Position numbers and translations under genes: made by a program | Virus record (IMG/VR): IMGVR_UViG_3300024181_000004 | Span: 2,329-66,328 of that record | Reading direction: 5' to 3' (one strand) | Source: a virus | DNA: 64,000 nucleotides | Notes under the pieces: generated by a model | The model's input: only the letters and a program-made list of their open reading frames with translations | Database searches by the model: none | What the model was told of the DNA's origin: nothing | In this document: one piece after another, positions 55,834-64,000 of the stretch | Layout: each line of letters opens with the position of its first letter | How positions within the stretch are numbered: the first letter of the stretch is position 1

Positions 55834-56390
55834 TGAGCCTCGTCTTCGGACCATCAGACGACCGGTGCGCGCTGGAGAGTTGCGGCAAGCCGCGAGACGC
55901 GCACGGCGCAGCAGGTGCCAGCCACCAGTTCGTCGGCGCCGCGCAACTCGCCAGGCGTCGACCGCATGACCCCTTCCGCAACATCCGCAAGATGACCGAC
56001 GACGAGCGGCTCGGCCAGATGGGCTTCGAGCGCCACCTCGTCTCCGACGCGCCGACACCACAACGCAGAAAGGTAGTGATCGAGATGCCAGACCAGGGAC
56101 CGTGCACGATCTGCACAAAGCCGCGAACGAACCACCGCGGACCGATGGATCACGCTTACACGCCGGCGGGCGATGGTGCCACCGCCGCGCCGGCCGCAGC
56201 CGCCGCGCCGCGACAAGAACGCGCCGCGCGGCCACCGCGCCGTGTTGCCGCTCGCCGGGCGGTGAAACCACGGCCGCGGCTCTCGACCGACGACAAGGTC
56301 GCGCGCATTCTCGAGCTGGCCGAGAGCATCAACACGCTCCGCGACCAACTCAGGGTCCAGACCACGAAGCTCGAGGAGTTGCTGGCGTGA
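55830..56390 (+). CDS. Hypothetical protein with two Cys/His modules
   Basis: CALESC..P...H...H and CTIC..P...H...H. Confidence 0.55.
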   Translation: MMSLVFGPSDDRCALESCGKPRDAHGAAGASHQFVGAAQLARRRPHDPFRNIRKMTDDERLGQMGFERHLVSDAPTPQRRKVVIEMPDQGPCTICTKPRTNHRGPMDHAYTPAGDGATAAPAAAAAPRQERAARPPRRVAARRAVKPRPRLSTDDKVARILELAESINTLRDQLRVQTTKLEELLA

Positions 56391-57172
56391 CGACCCCCGA
56401 TCGCTACACGTTGAAGATAGTTGTCAAACGCGACGAGGAGATCGTGGTGGAGCCGAGCGACTTCCTCAGGGTCTCAATGCGATGGGATGGTCAGTGTTCG
56501 ATCGAAGGTAGATCGTCAGGCGACGAAGATCTCCAGAAATTCGACGCGATCGGTTCGTTCACTGTGTTCATCGATGAATTGACGGCGGCGAGGAACGCCG
56601 GCGTTCTGCACTTCGGTGACGAGTGGGACCGTTACGGCAGCAGACAGACGGTAACGTCTCCGGACTCAGAAGAGGTCGCGCGCCTACGCCACGAACTCTC
56701 GACCCTCGCGAATGCCGCGGTCGACGGACTCCTGATCAATCACATCTTCTATCCGCACAACCCGACAGAACCGCTGCCGATCGCGCAGACGCCGATGAGG
56801 CGCCAGGAGTTGGAGGTGCTGCGCGACGCCGCAGCAGCGGCATGCGAGACGTTCAGCGTTGACCAAACGACCGTCGCCCGTCTCCTGGCCACCATCGAAC
56901 AGCGGGACCGCATCTACGCCGCGATTCAGACCGACGCGGATCCGGCCGGCACGTACCGCGAGCTCGTCGAAGGACGGGATCTCATCGCGCAACTGTCGGC
57001 GAAGATTGCGGAGATGGAGAGGGATGCCGCAGCACGCGACACCTGCGAGCACTGCGGCGCCGCGCTGTTGCCGAAGAAAGCGCGGCCGCTTTGTGAGTCG
57101 TGCGTGCCGCTCTGTTCCGACGATTGCGATCACCGGTGGCCGGATCAGCCCCGCGACGAGGAGAAGGCGTAG
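56387..57172 (+). CDS. Hypothetical multidomain protein
   Basis: GTGA overlap; C-terminal zinc ribbon. Confidence 0.55.
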   Translation: MTTPDRYTLKIVVKRDEEIVVEPSDFLRVSMRWDGQCSIEGRSSGDEDLQKFDAIGSFTVFIDELTAARNAGVLHFGDEWDRYGSRQTVTSPDSEEVARLRHELSTLANAAVDGLLINHIFYPHNPTEPLPIAQTPMRRQELEVLRDAAAAACETFSVDQTTVARLLATIEQRDRIYAAIQTDADPAGTYRELVEGRDLIAQLSAKIAEMERDAAARDTCEHCGAALLPKKARPLCESCVPLCSDDCDHRWPDQPRDEEKA

Positions 57173-57175
57173 GTC

Positions 57176-57562
57176 GTGGCGGAACTCACCCTCGCCGACA
57201 TCGAGCAGCAGATCCTCGCGATGCGGGGCGAGCTCGCCACGGCGATCCGTGAGCAGCGAGATGCGCGCGCGCAGTACGAGGCGTCGACGGAGATCATCAT
57301 AGCGCTCATGGCCCAACTCGGCGACCCTACGCATCTGCCGAAGAAGGACGCCGCTCGCGTGCTCTCGCGAGTCCTCGGCCGGGATGTGAGTCTTCGAACC
57401 GTCGAGCGTATGATCGAGCGAAAGGAATTGGTGTTGGAGCAAATCCCCGGCACGAAGCGCTACGGCATCCGTATCGACTCGCTCTATCGGGGATGGACGC
57501 CGGTGACGGCGTTGCGCGCCGCGCGGCGGCGTGGACATGAGGAGTCCGATGGCCAGGCGTGA
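57176..57562 (+). CDS. xis: Excisionase-like HTH protein
   Basis: KKDAARVL...VSLRTVERMIERKEL; overlaps the integrase start. Confidence 0.7.
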   Translation: MAELTLADIEQQILAMRGELATAIREQRDARAQYEASTEIIIALMAQLGDPTHLPKKDAARVLSRVLGRDVSLRTVERMIERKELVLEQIPGTKRYGIRIDSLYRGWTPVTALRAARRRGHEESDGQA

Positions 57563-58880
57563 CGATCCCGACTACGTCTCCGGCAAGCGCGGGCGCTACC
57601 AGATCTCGCCGCCGGTCGTTCACCCGGCGCACTGCCGCTGTGGAGGATGTGGCGAAGCGCGAAAGGCGATCGGCCGGGATGGCCAGGTCATCGGATGGGA
57701 CAGGCCTGTCACCATCCGCGTTCGTCGCCGTTGCCCGGCCGGTATGCGTGACAGCCGCCTCGCGGCCGCGGCGTACGCCCAGAAGGTGAAGCGCGAGATC
57801 GAGGATGCGCTCGCTGCTGGCGTCGACGCAGCACACGCGTCGCGCGTCGCGCGCATCGACAAGGCGACGGTCGGCTCGATCTGCAGCGCGTACCGCGACC
57901 ACTGCCGAAAGCGGGGGAAGCGACTCGACCGAGCGCAGTACGTGATCCGCACCATCGAGGGATTCTTCGGCGCGTTCACCGATCCAGAGTTCATCACGAA
58001 AGACGACTACCGGAAGTTCTGCGCGAAGCTCGAGGAGAACGGCGCGGGCCCGGCGACCATCCTCCGCCACACGAACACGCTGGTGGCCATCCTCAACAGC
58101 GCGAAGACCGACGACCTGATCGCCGGCCATCAGCTCACCGGGATCCGCCGGCCGGTGGTGCGGGTGAAGAAGCGGCCGGTCACATTCACCCGGATCCAGA
58201 CCGAAGTACTCCTTGGCCCGGCAATGGACCGCTATGAGGCCGAGCAACGGCAGGCGATCGCCGGCTATGACCCGGAGACGCACCGGAAGCCGCCGAGCGA
58301 GGTTCCCATGCGGGGGCTCTGCCTTGTCGCCTACAGGACGTTGATGCGGCCGCAAAACAACTACACGCTGCGCCGCGGGCAACTCTTCATCCACCCGACG
58401 AAGGACGTCGGCACGTTCATCCTCGACGAGCACAAGAACGCGGCGAAGGGGATCGAGGTGCAGGGGGCGCTCCACCCACAGCTCGTACGATATCTCCGCG
58501 CGCGGCTGGCCACGTCGACGTCAGAATTCGTGCACCCGAATCTCGCGACTGGTGAGCCGTACCGCAACATCCGGAAGCAATGGGCGCGGCTCGTAGCGAT
58601 TGCCAACGAGATCCTCGCCGAGAAGTTCCCCGACGAGCCGCCGCTCGAGGGGAAGCGCGCGCAGTTCTACACCTGGCGCCACACCGGCGCCTCGCGTCTG
58701 GCGGAGATCTCCAACCCGGTGATGATCGGGCGGATGATGGGAGACACCTCGCTCAAGACGATCATGGACCACTACTTCGATGCTTCGCTGGAGACGATGG
58801 CGAAGGCGATGGAGCGGTGGGCCGAAGAGGAGCCGCAACAGGAAACGGCAGCTATTGTGAGCGGCCGGCGTGAGCGATGA
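57549..58880 (+). CDS. int: Tyrosine recombinase (integrase)
   Basis: LMRPQN (R), TWRHTGAS, MMGD, MDHY (Y); adjacent tRNA-derived att core. Confidence 0.9.
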   Translation: MARRDDPDYVSGKRGRYQISPPVVHPAHCRCGGCGEARKAIGRDGQVIGWDRPVTIRVRRRCPAGMRDSRLAAAAYAQKVKREIEDALAAGVDAAHASRVARIDKATVGSICSAYRDHCRKRGKRLDRAQYVIRTIEGFFGAFTDPEFITKDDYRKFCAKLEENGAGPATILRHTNTLVAILNSAKTDDLIAGHQLTGIRRPVVRVKKRPVTFTRIQTEVLLGPAMDRYEAEQRQAIAGYDPETHRKPPSEVPMRGLCLVAYRTLMRPQNNYTLRRGQLFIHPTKDVGTFILDEHKNAAKGIEVQGALHPQLVRYLRARLATSTSEFVHPNLATGEPYRNIRKQWARLVAIANEILAEKFPDEPPLEGKRAQFYTWRHTGASRLAEISNPVMIGRMMGDTSLKTIMDHYFDASLETMAKAMERWAEEEPQQETAAIVSGRRER

Positions 58881-58932
58881 ATGGTGATTCAGCGAACAGT
58901 GACGGTAAACAAATGAAAGAAAACGAGATATT

Positions 58933-58983
58933 TGGTAGCGCATACGGGATTCGAACCCGTGTTACCGCCGTGAGAGGGCGGTG
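58933..58983 (-). mobile_element. att core: 3' part of tRNA-Glu(CTC), attP-like
   Basis: Reverse complement CACCGCCCTCTCACGGCGGTAACACGGGTTCGAATCCCGTATGCGCTACCA has anticodon arm (CTC), T arm and CCA; no D arm or 5' acceptor strand upstream. Confidence 0.88.
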
Positions 58984-59098
58984 CTCGCATGGTGCACTCT
59001 CTGCGAAGCACCGGGAACGGCGGGCGTTTTGGCTATCTCGTCGGGTCTTCCCCGCCAGTTATGTGAGCACTCGGCGTGAGCAGGGCGCGGAGGTATAG

Positions 59099-59542
59099 AT
59101 GCCCCTCGCCCTCGTCCCGATCACGCTGCAGGACGCGCGGGCGTTCGTGCTCGAGCATCACCGGCACCACCCGCCACCGCTGTCCGGTCTCTTCGCCGTC
59201 GCCGCGGCGCTCGGCCCTGACGTCGTCGGCGTGGCCATCGTCGGCCGGCCGGTCGCGCGGGCGCTGCAGGACGGCTTCACCGCGGAGGTCACGCGCTTGG
59301 CGACTGACGGATCGCGGAACGCCTGCTCCATGCTCTACGGCGCCGCCTGGCGCGCGGCACGCGCGCTCGGCTACCGGAGGCTCGTCACCTACATCCTGGC
59401 CACCGAACCCGGCACATCGCTCCGCGCGGCCGGCTGGCGCTGCGTCGCCGAGATCCGCGGCCGGTCGTGGTCGACGCCGTCACGGCCACGGGTAGACCGC
59501 ATGCCTGAGCAGGACAAGTTGCGCTTCGAGGTGACGGCTTGA
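59099..59542 (+). CDS. GNAT-like phage protein (XF1762-like)
   Basis: EVTRLATDGSRNACSMLYGAAWRAARALGYRRLVTY...EPGTSLRAAGW. Confidence 0.75.
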   Translation: MPLALVPITLQDARAFVLEHHRHHPPPLSGLFAVAAALGPDVVGVAIVGRPVARALQDGFTAEVTRLATDGSRNACSMLYGAAWRAARALGYRRLVTYILATEPGTSLRAAGWRCVAEIRGRSWSTPSRPRVDRMPEQDKLRFEVTA

Positions 59543-59859
59543 TCTTCACGGTCGGGCACGCCGAGAGTTACAGGCGCGGCATCGCTGAACTGGCGACGCG
59601 TAACGAGCATCTCCAAAAACTCGGACCGCGTCCAGCGGATGGGACATCGCCCGCCTACCACGGAGGATTCGCCGTCGAGACACGCGCTGATGGCGAGCGG
59701 CTGATCAACGAGTTCGGAAAGCGCGGCGAGTGGGACGTTTTTGCCCTTGACGCTGAGTGGAACATCGATACGAAGCCGAGCCTGGACGGCTGGTGGCACA
59801 ACCTGCAGCGCGACGCGGTGATCGTGGATCTCGTGACCTCTGGAGCGCGCCAGCCATGA
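59539..59859 (+). CDS. Hypothetical protein
   Basis: TTGA overlap. Confidence 0.55.
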   Translation: MIFTVGHAESYRRGIAELATRNEHLQKLGPRPADGTSPAYHGGFAVETRADGERLINEFGKRGEWDVFALDAEWNIDTKPSLDGWWHNLQRDAVIVDLVTSGARQP

Positions 59860-60083
59860 ATGTTCCCCTTCTGCAGCTCGACGCCGAGTCGTACATGCTC
59901 GCCGCCGACGCTGCATTCTGGGATCGGAGCGACCCGCGGCGCGTCTTTGTCGGCCGGATTGTTAGCTTTGGCACCGGATTCGTCTTCGTCCCGCCGAACA
60001 CATACGTGGATCGGCGGTGGTCGTGCTCGATCCTCGTGCGCGCAGCGAAGTACGAACCGCGGCGGCTCGGGGAGGTGGCGTGA
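59856..60083 (+). CDS. Hypothetical protein
   Basis: ATGA overlap; ends EVA. Confidence 0.5.
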   Translation: MNVPLLQLDAESYMLAADAAFWDRSDPRRVFVGRIVSFGTGFVFVPPNTYVDRRWSCSILVRAAKYEPRRLGEVA

Positions 60084-60568
60084 ACCTCGCGGATGCCGAG
60101 CTGTTCTCCACGCAGTGCCCCAGCGGCGGAGGCAGCGGATCGTGCAAGCCCTGCCGCGCCATGTGCGCCAGCGGATATCCCGGCCGCTTCACTCCCGACG
60201 AGGCGATGCGCGCGATGGACGTTGGCCTCGCCTCGCGGCTCATCTGCCTGCGCTATCGAAAGACGACCGTCCTGCGTCCGGCGATCATCGGATGGGAAGG
60301 TCTCGCTGTTGCCGAATCGGAGTTAGTCCGCGGGCAGTGCGTCTTCCTGACTGTCGGCGGCGGATGCGAACTCCATCGGAACGGGCCGAAGCCGCTGGAG
60401 TGCCGGACGGCGAGTTGCCGAAGCATGGATCACGCGACACAACGCCGAGCCGACGATGTCTATCGCCAGGTCGTCGCCGCGATCGAGTGCGCGTGGCGAA
60501 GCAGGGCTGGCCAGGCGGCCGTCAAGAGATGGCGCGAAGAGATCGCGCGACTGACGGAGGTAGCGTGA
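60080..60568 (+). CDS. YkgJ-like Cys-cluster (Zn or Fe-S) protein
   Basis: CKPC..MC, CVFL....CELH...KPLECR. Confidence 0.65.
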   Translation: MNLADAELFSTQCPSGGGSGSCKPCRAMCASGYPGRFTPDEAMRAMDVGLASRLICLRYRKTTVLRPAIIGWEGLAVAESELVRGQCVFLTVGGGCELHRNGPKPLECRTASCRSMDHATQRRADDVYRQVVAAIECAWRSRAGQAAVKRWREEIARLTEVA

Positions 60569-61329
60569 TCCACTACCACGGGACGCCGATGACGCCCGCC
60601 TTCGACGCCGCGCGCTTCTTCCGCGGCCGTCACGCGATGGTGTCGTTCGCCACCGGCCGCGCGCAGTTGCCGATGTTGGCCGAGGTATGCCAATCGTTCG
60701 CACTGGACAACGGCGCATTCTCAGCGTGGACGTCCGGCGCGCCGATCACGGATTGGTCGGAGTACTACACATGGTGCGGTGACTGGCTCGCGCACCCCGG
60801 CTGCGATTGGGCTCTGATCCCCGACGTCATCGACGGCGACGAGGCAGCGAATGATGCGCTCGTAGAGGAGTGGCCGTTCGATGCCTTCCTCGGCCTCGGT
60901 GTTCCGGTCTGGCACCTTCACGAATCGATCGAGAGGCTGGTGAAACTCTACAACTTCTGGCCGCGAGTCGCCTTCGGATCGTCCGGCCAATTCGCGCAGA
61001 TCGGGACCACGTCATGGTGGGCTCGGATGGCCGAAGCACTGGAGGCCATCTGCTACGAGCACGGTGGCGGCGAGGGTTCGCCGATGACCAAATTGCACGG
61101 GTTGCGGATGCTCGACCCGACGATCTTCTCGCACATCCCGTTCGCCTCGGCTGACTCCACGAACGTCGCGCGAAACATGGGGCTCGATCAGAACTGGCGC
61201 GGTCGTTACGTGCCGACATCGCCGGAGGTGCGGGCGTACGTCATCGCCGATCGCATCGAGGCGCATGCGTCGGCGGCGCGCTGGTGTCGGACGCATGGCG
61301 TGCAGCAGAACCTGGGGTTGCTCGGATGA
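60565..61329 (+). CDS. Conserved phage protein with TGT/DpdA-like motifs (254 aa)
   Basis: Start GTG 60565 (MIHYHGTP); LDNGAFS, PDVIDG, PVWH, HGLR, SADST. Confidence 0.6.
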   Translation: MIHYHGTPMTPAFDAARFFRGRHAMVSFATGRAQLPMLAEVCQSFALDNGAFSAWTSGAPITDWSEYYTWCGDWLAHPGCDWALIPDVIDGDEAANDALVEEWPFDAFLGLGVPVWHLHESIERLVKLYNFWPRVAFGSSGQFAQIGTTSWWARMAEALEAICYEHGGGEGSPMTKLHGLRMLDPTIFSHIPFASADSTNVARNMGLDQNWRGRYVPTSPEVRAYVIADRIEAHASAARWCRTHGVQQNLGLLG

Positions 61330-61604
61330 CGACCCGCCCGATCAACGCCGAATACGCCCGCATCGACGAAGAGGAGATGCGCGACCTCGCGCCAATGTTC
61401 GAGCGGATGGCTGCGGCTGGACGTCCGTACCTGGTGCACATCGCAAAGTACCTCGGCGATGAGGGGCGTCTCGTTTCACCGTTGTGCGCCGGAGACGATG
61501 TGCCACGCCCGCTGGGCGATGGCGAGATGTGGGTCTACTCGCCGAACAACTACCGGTACGTGACGTGCCCGAGTTGCATGGCGGCGGCCGGGGAGGTGGC
61601 GTAG
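61326..61604 (+). CDS. Hypothetical zinc-binding protein
   Basis: H...LC...VTCPSC. Confidence 0.5.
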   Translation: MTTRPINAEYARIDEEEMRDLAPMFERMAAAGRPYLVHIAKYLGDEGRLVSPLCAGDDVPRPLGDGEMWVYSPNNYRYVTCPSCMAAAGEVA

Positions 61605-61940
61605 ATGGGCAACGGCTTCGCCACCGGCATCATCGGCCAACTCCTCGGCAACATGAACGTCCCGGCGACGATCAGCCCAGGTGAGATCGTTCTCCTACGT
61701 CGCCTCATCGCCGAGGACGAGCAGGAGACCGGCGAGCAACTGACGCGCTTCGTACCTGGCGGTTGGATACTCGACACCGAGCAGATTCCAGCGCAGCTCT
61801 GCTTTCGTCTCATCCGCCACTGCTTCATCTCCATGGACGGCGAGGAGAGCGGTGGCGTGTCGTACTGGAGCGTCAACGAGATGGGACGCATGGCCGTCGA
61901 GGGGAAGACGCTCGCGGAGATCACGGAGGCGGTGCGATGA
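61605..61940 (+). CDS. Hypothetical protein, possible winged helix
   Basis: SD GGAGGT; CFRLIRHCFI...YWSVNEMGR. Confidence 0.5.
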   Translation: MGNGFATGIIGQLLGNMNVPATISPGEIVLLRRLIAEDEQETGEQLTRFVPGGWILDTEQIPAQLCFRLIRHCFISMDGEESGGVSYWSVNEMGRMAVEGKTLAEITEAVR

Positions 61941-62467
61941 GCAACGACGACGAGACGATCGTCAACGAAGCCACGCCAACCTTCCCTCTCGACTCTTGCG
62001 CAAAGAGATCATGGACACACGATCACATTCTGTGCTTGCGCGCCGAGTTCGAGGATCGCGCCCGTCAGGCTCTGGCGGGAGTCTCGGTTGGGATCTACCC
62101 GGAGGTACACGACCGCATGGGAGCGCTGGTTAGCGAGTTGGTGGGCAACTACGCGACGGCGATGGGAATGCTCGGCCGCATCCGCCCGGCGGCGAACGAG
62201 GCTAGCGAAGCGGTCACCGCGTGCGCCTACTGCGCCGCGCACGTCAGCGGCACGATAGCCGAGCGCCACGCCGCGATGAAGCGGCACGACATGGTGTGCG
62301 AGAGCAATCCGCTCGTTGCACTGATGTGGCAGGCGGAGGGCGTGCTGCGCGAGATTCACGCCAACGATCCTCTCTACGGCGAAGCGATCAAGGTGCGATC
62401 GCGCTGGTTTGATTTGAGCGAAGGCGTTCGGCTGACCGAGCGATCACGGTCAGGAGTCGAGAAGTGA
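61937..62467 (+). CDS. Hypothetical protein
   Basis: CAYC...H...C..NP motif. Confidence 0.5.
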   Translation: MSNDDETIVNEATPTFPLDSCAKRSWTHDHILCLRAEFEDRARQALAGVSVGIYPEVHDRMGALVSELVGNYATAMGMLGRIRPAANEASEAVTACAYCAAHVSGTIAERHAAMKRHDMVCESNPLVALMWQAEGVLREIHANDPLYGEAIKVRSRWFDLSEGVRLTERSRSGVEK

Positions 62468-63060
62468 AGCCCCTCCTCGTCGGCGAGTCCAATCCCCACC
62501 AGACGAACGCCGAAGACGCGATGCGCTTCGCCCTCTATCCCGAACCTCCTCACGCATCCGGAGGACGCCTCTGCCGCATCGTGATGGGGTTGGACGAGCG
62601 GACGTACCTCCGGTCGTTTGATCGCGTGGACCTGTGCCATCCGAAGTGGTCGCTGCCGGCGGCACGGGCAAGGGCCGCGGAACTCGTCGGCGAGCGCGCT
62701 TCGACGGACGTCATCGTGCTGTGCGGGGTCAAGGTCGCGGAGGCGTTCGGCGGCGGGTATGAGCCGTTCCGGGTATACCGCGCGGCCTTCGGTGCAGGGC
62801 CCGAACTCGTAGTTCTTCCTCACCCGAGCGGATTGAACCGCTTGTGGCATCAGCCAGGCGCCGTGGCGCGGGCGCGCGCGGTGCTGCGGGAAGCCGGCGT
62901 GCTGATGTGCTCACCCTGCCCGCACGGAGATGACAAGGGCGTGTCCCACGGCTGCCAGTCGAACATCTGCCCGTACGCCGAGGATCACCACGTCCACCAC
63001 GGGATCGGAACGCGCGTCTTCTTGCCGCATTCGTTCCGATCAGTCGAGGAGCGCCCATGA
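62464..63060 (+). CDS. Uracil-DNA glycosylase-like protein
   Basis: LLVGESNP motif A-like and LPHPSGLN motif B-like. Confidence 0.7.
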   Translation: MKPLLVGESNPHQTNAEDAMRFALYPEPPHASGGRLCRIVMGLDERTYLRSFDRVDLCHPKWSLPAARARAAELVGERASTDVIVLCGVKVAEAFGGGYEPFRVYRAAFGAGPELVVLPHPSGLNRLWHQPGAVARARAVLREAGVLMCSPCPHGDDKGVSHGCQSNICPYAEDHHVHHGIGTRVFLPHSFRSVEERP

Positions 63061-63401
63061 AGTCCGACACCATCTGCGAGTTCTGCGGTGGAGAGATCCG
63101 CTGGTGCGACCTGATCGACGACGGAGGGCGGATCGCGCTCGACGCCGTGCCCGTGGTCGAGCCGAAGGGCGCTGCGTACGCGGTCGCCGGCGCGGGCTCG
63201 GCGAAGTACGTCCCGGTGCAGGAGCGCGCCGGCCGTCGGCTCTACACGAAGCACAGCGAGACGTGCGTCGAGAGGGAGAAGCGCAACGCCCATTACAGGC
63301 GGCGGCACCGCGGCCGGGCGGGCGCACGGGGTGAGGCGGCGCGCGCTGCGGTCGACGCGCTCGGCGTCGGCGAGACGTACGTCTGGAGGAAACCGCGATG
63401 A
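63057..63401 (+). CDS. Hypothetical zinc-binding protein
   Basis: CEFCGGEIRW...IALD...H.ETC. Confidence 0.6.
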   Translation: MKSDTICEFCGGEIRWCDLIDDGGRIALDAVPVVEPKGAAYAVAGAGSAKYVPVQERAGRRLYTKHSETCVEREKRNAHYRRRHRGRAGARGEAARAAVDALGVGETYVWRKPR

Positions 63402-63586
63402 CATCCAACCCGCTCGGACCTGAGCCCTACGTGGCAATCGGCGCAAGAGGTGGGAGACGCTGTCGCCGCGGCGGTGTGGCTGTTCGCCCTGCGGGTCAGC
63501 GTCGTCGTGGGGAGGATGGGCGGGTGAGCGGGCCGCGCCACGTTTCAGTCACGCCGGTGTCCCTTCGTCCGCAAAGGAGAGGAGAC

Positions 63587-64000
63587 ATGAAACGCGCAAT
63601 TGCACTCGCGATGATCCTCGTCGCCGCCTGCGCCAAGGCCGAGAGCGAAAGGCAGCAGCAGGAACGCCAGATCACCGCGGCCGAGGAGCTGACCGCGCTC
63701 TACTCGAAATCCGTTCTGGTGCCGTGGGGCGTCGAAGCCGTGGCCGCCGGCGTGGATTGCAAAGTGCTCTTCGTCCACGTCGCCGTCATCATGGACGACC
63801 GAATGGTCGAGGCGCTGCACTATGGTGGCGGTCGGTATAGCGTCACGCCCGATGGCCTTGAGCGGTTCTACCGCGAGCACGGCTTCCGTGGCATCGCCTA
63901 TGAGGACGATGGCCGCCGGCAGTGGGTCAGCGGCGACATGCGACGCGCCGAGAAAGATGAGCCGCACGACTTCGGAGTCGGCGTGCACCAACTCAAAACG
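63587..64000 (+). CDS. Putative lipoprotein, 3' end beyond window
   Basis: Strong SD (AGGAGAGGAG), MKRAIALAMILVAAC lipobox; frame open to the window edge. Confidence 0.65.
   Translation, partial: MKRAIALAMILVAACAKAESERQQQERQITAAEELTALYSKSVLVPWGVEAVAAGVDCKVLFVHVAVIMDDRMVEALHYGGGRYSVTPDGLERFYREHGFRGIAYEDDGRRQWVSGDMRRAEKDEPHDFGVGVHQLKT

Larger units (their letters stand above)
1..64000. mobile_element. Temperate siphovirus-type phage genome (incomplete at both window edges)
   Basis: Contiguous packaging, head, tail, immunity, replication and integration modules; no host housekeeping genes recognised. Confidence 0.97.

Noticed and set aside
58933-59010. A complete tRNA-Glu gene
   Set aside because: Similarity stops at 58983; no D arm or 5' acceptor strand, so it is an att core rather than a functional tRNA
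38859-61607. C-terminal EVA/VA endings as a shared ClpXP degron programme
   Set aside because: More simply explained by the next gene's SD (GGAGGT) encoding Glu-Val in the upstream frame
58983-64000. Host chromosome beyond a prophage boundary
   Set aside because: Downstream genes are small, overlap-coupled, share the GGAGGT-EVA junction motif and resemble phage families; no housekeeping genes
1-64000. Lysis cassette (holin, endolysin, spanin)
   Set aside because: No convincing catalytic motifs found; the NlpC/P60 gene fits the tail-tip position; lysis genes probably lie outside the window
1-64000. Stop-codon reassignment
   Set aside because: TAG, TGA and TAA all end well-supported genes and core genes are uninterrupted under the standard bacterial code

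Overview
The whole 64-kb window is a high-GC temperate long-tailed (siphovirus-type) phage genome, with no bacterial housekeeping genes visible. Left arm (1-28.6 kb, mostly - strand, read from right to left): terminase small and large subunits, a 1034-aa portal fused to a 2H phosphoesterase and a MuF domain, HK97-type prohead protease and major capsid, two paralogous decoration-like proteins, three signal-peptide-bearing proteins (one fibre-like), head-tail joining proteins, tail tube, tail chaperones with a -1 frameshift site, tape measure and a lambda M/L/K/I-J-like tail tip that runs off the left edge. A small regulated moron interrupts this arm at 11.6-12.4 kb. Centre (28.7-31.1 kb): CI-like repressor, divergent Cro-like gene and envelope-type genes downstream of the repressor. 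Right arm (31-64 kb, + strand): CII-like regulator, recombination and nuclease genes, radical SAM, two candidate nucleotide-signal sponge proteins, a 1006-aa C5 methyltransferase, a helicase-methyltransferase fusion, replication initiator and DnaC-like loader, Fis-like HTH, HerA-like ATPase, excisionase and tyrosine integrase. These are followed by the 3' half of a tRNA-Glu(CTC) with phage genes on both sides (attP-like), then a GNAT-like/Cys-cluster/TGT-like/UDG-like accessory cluster. No lysis genes were recognised. All family assignments come from motifs read by eye and gene order; no database search was run.
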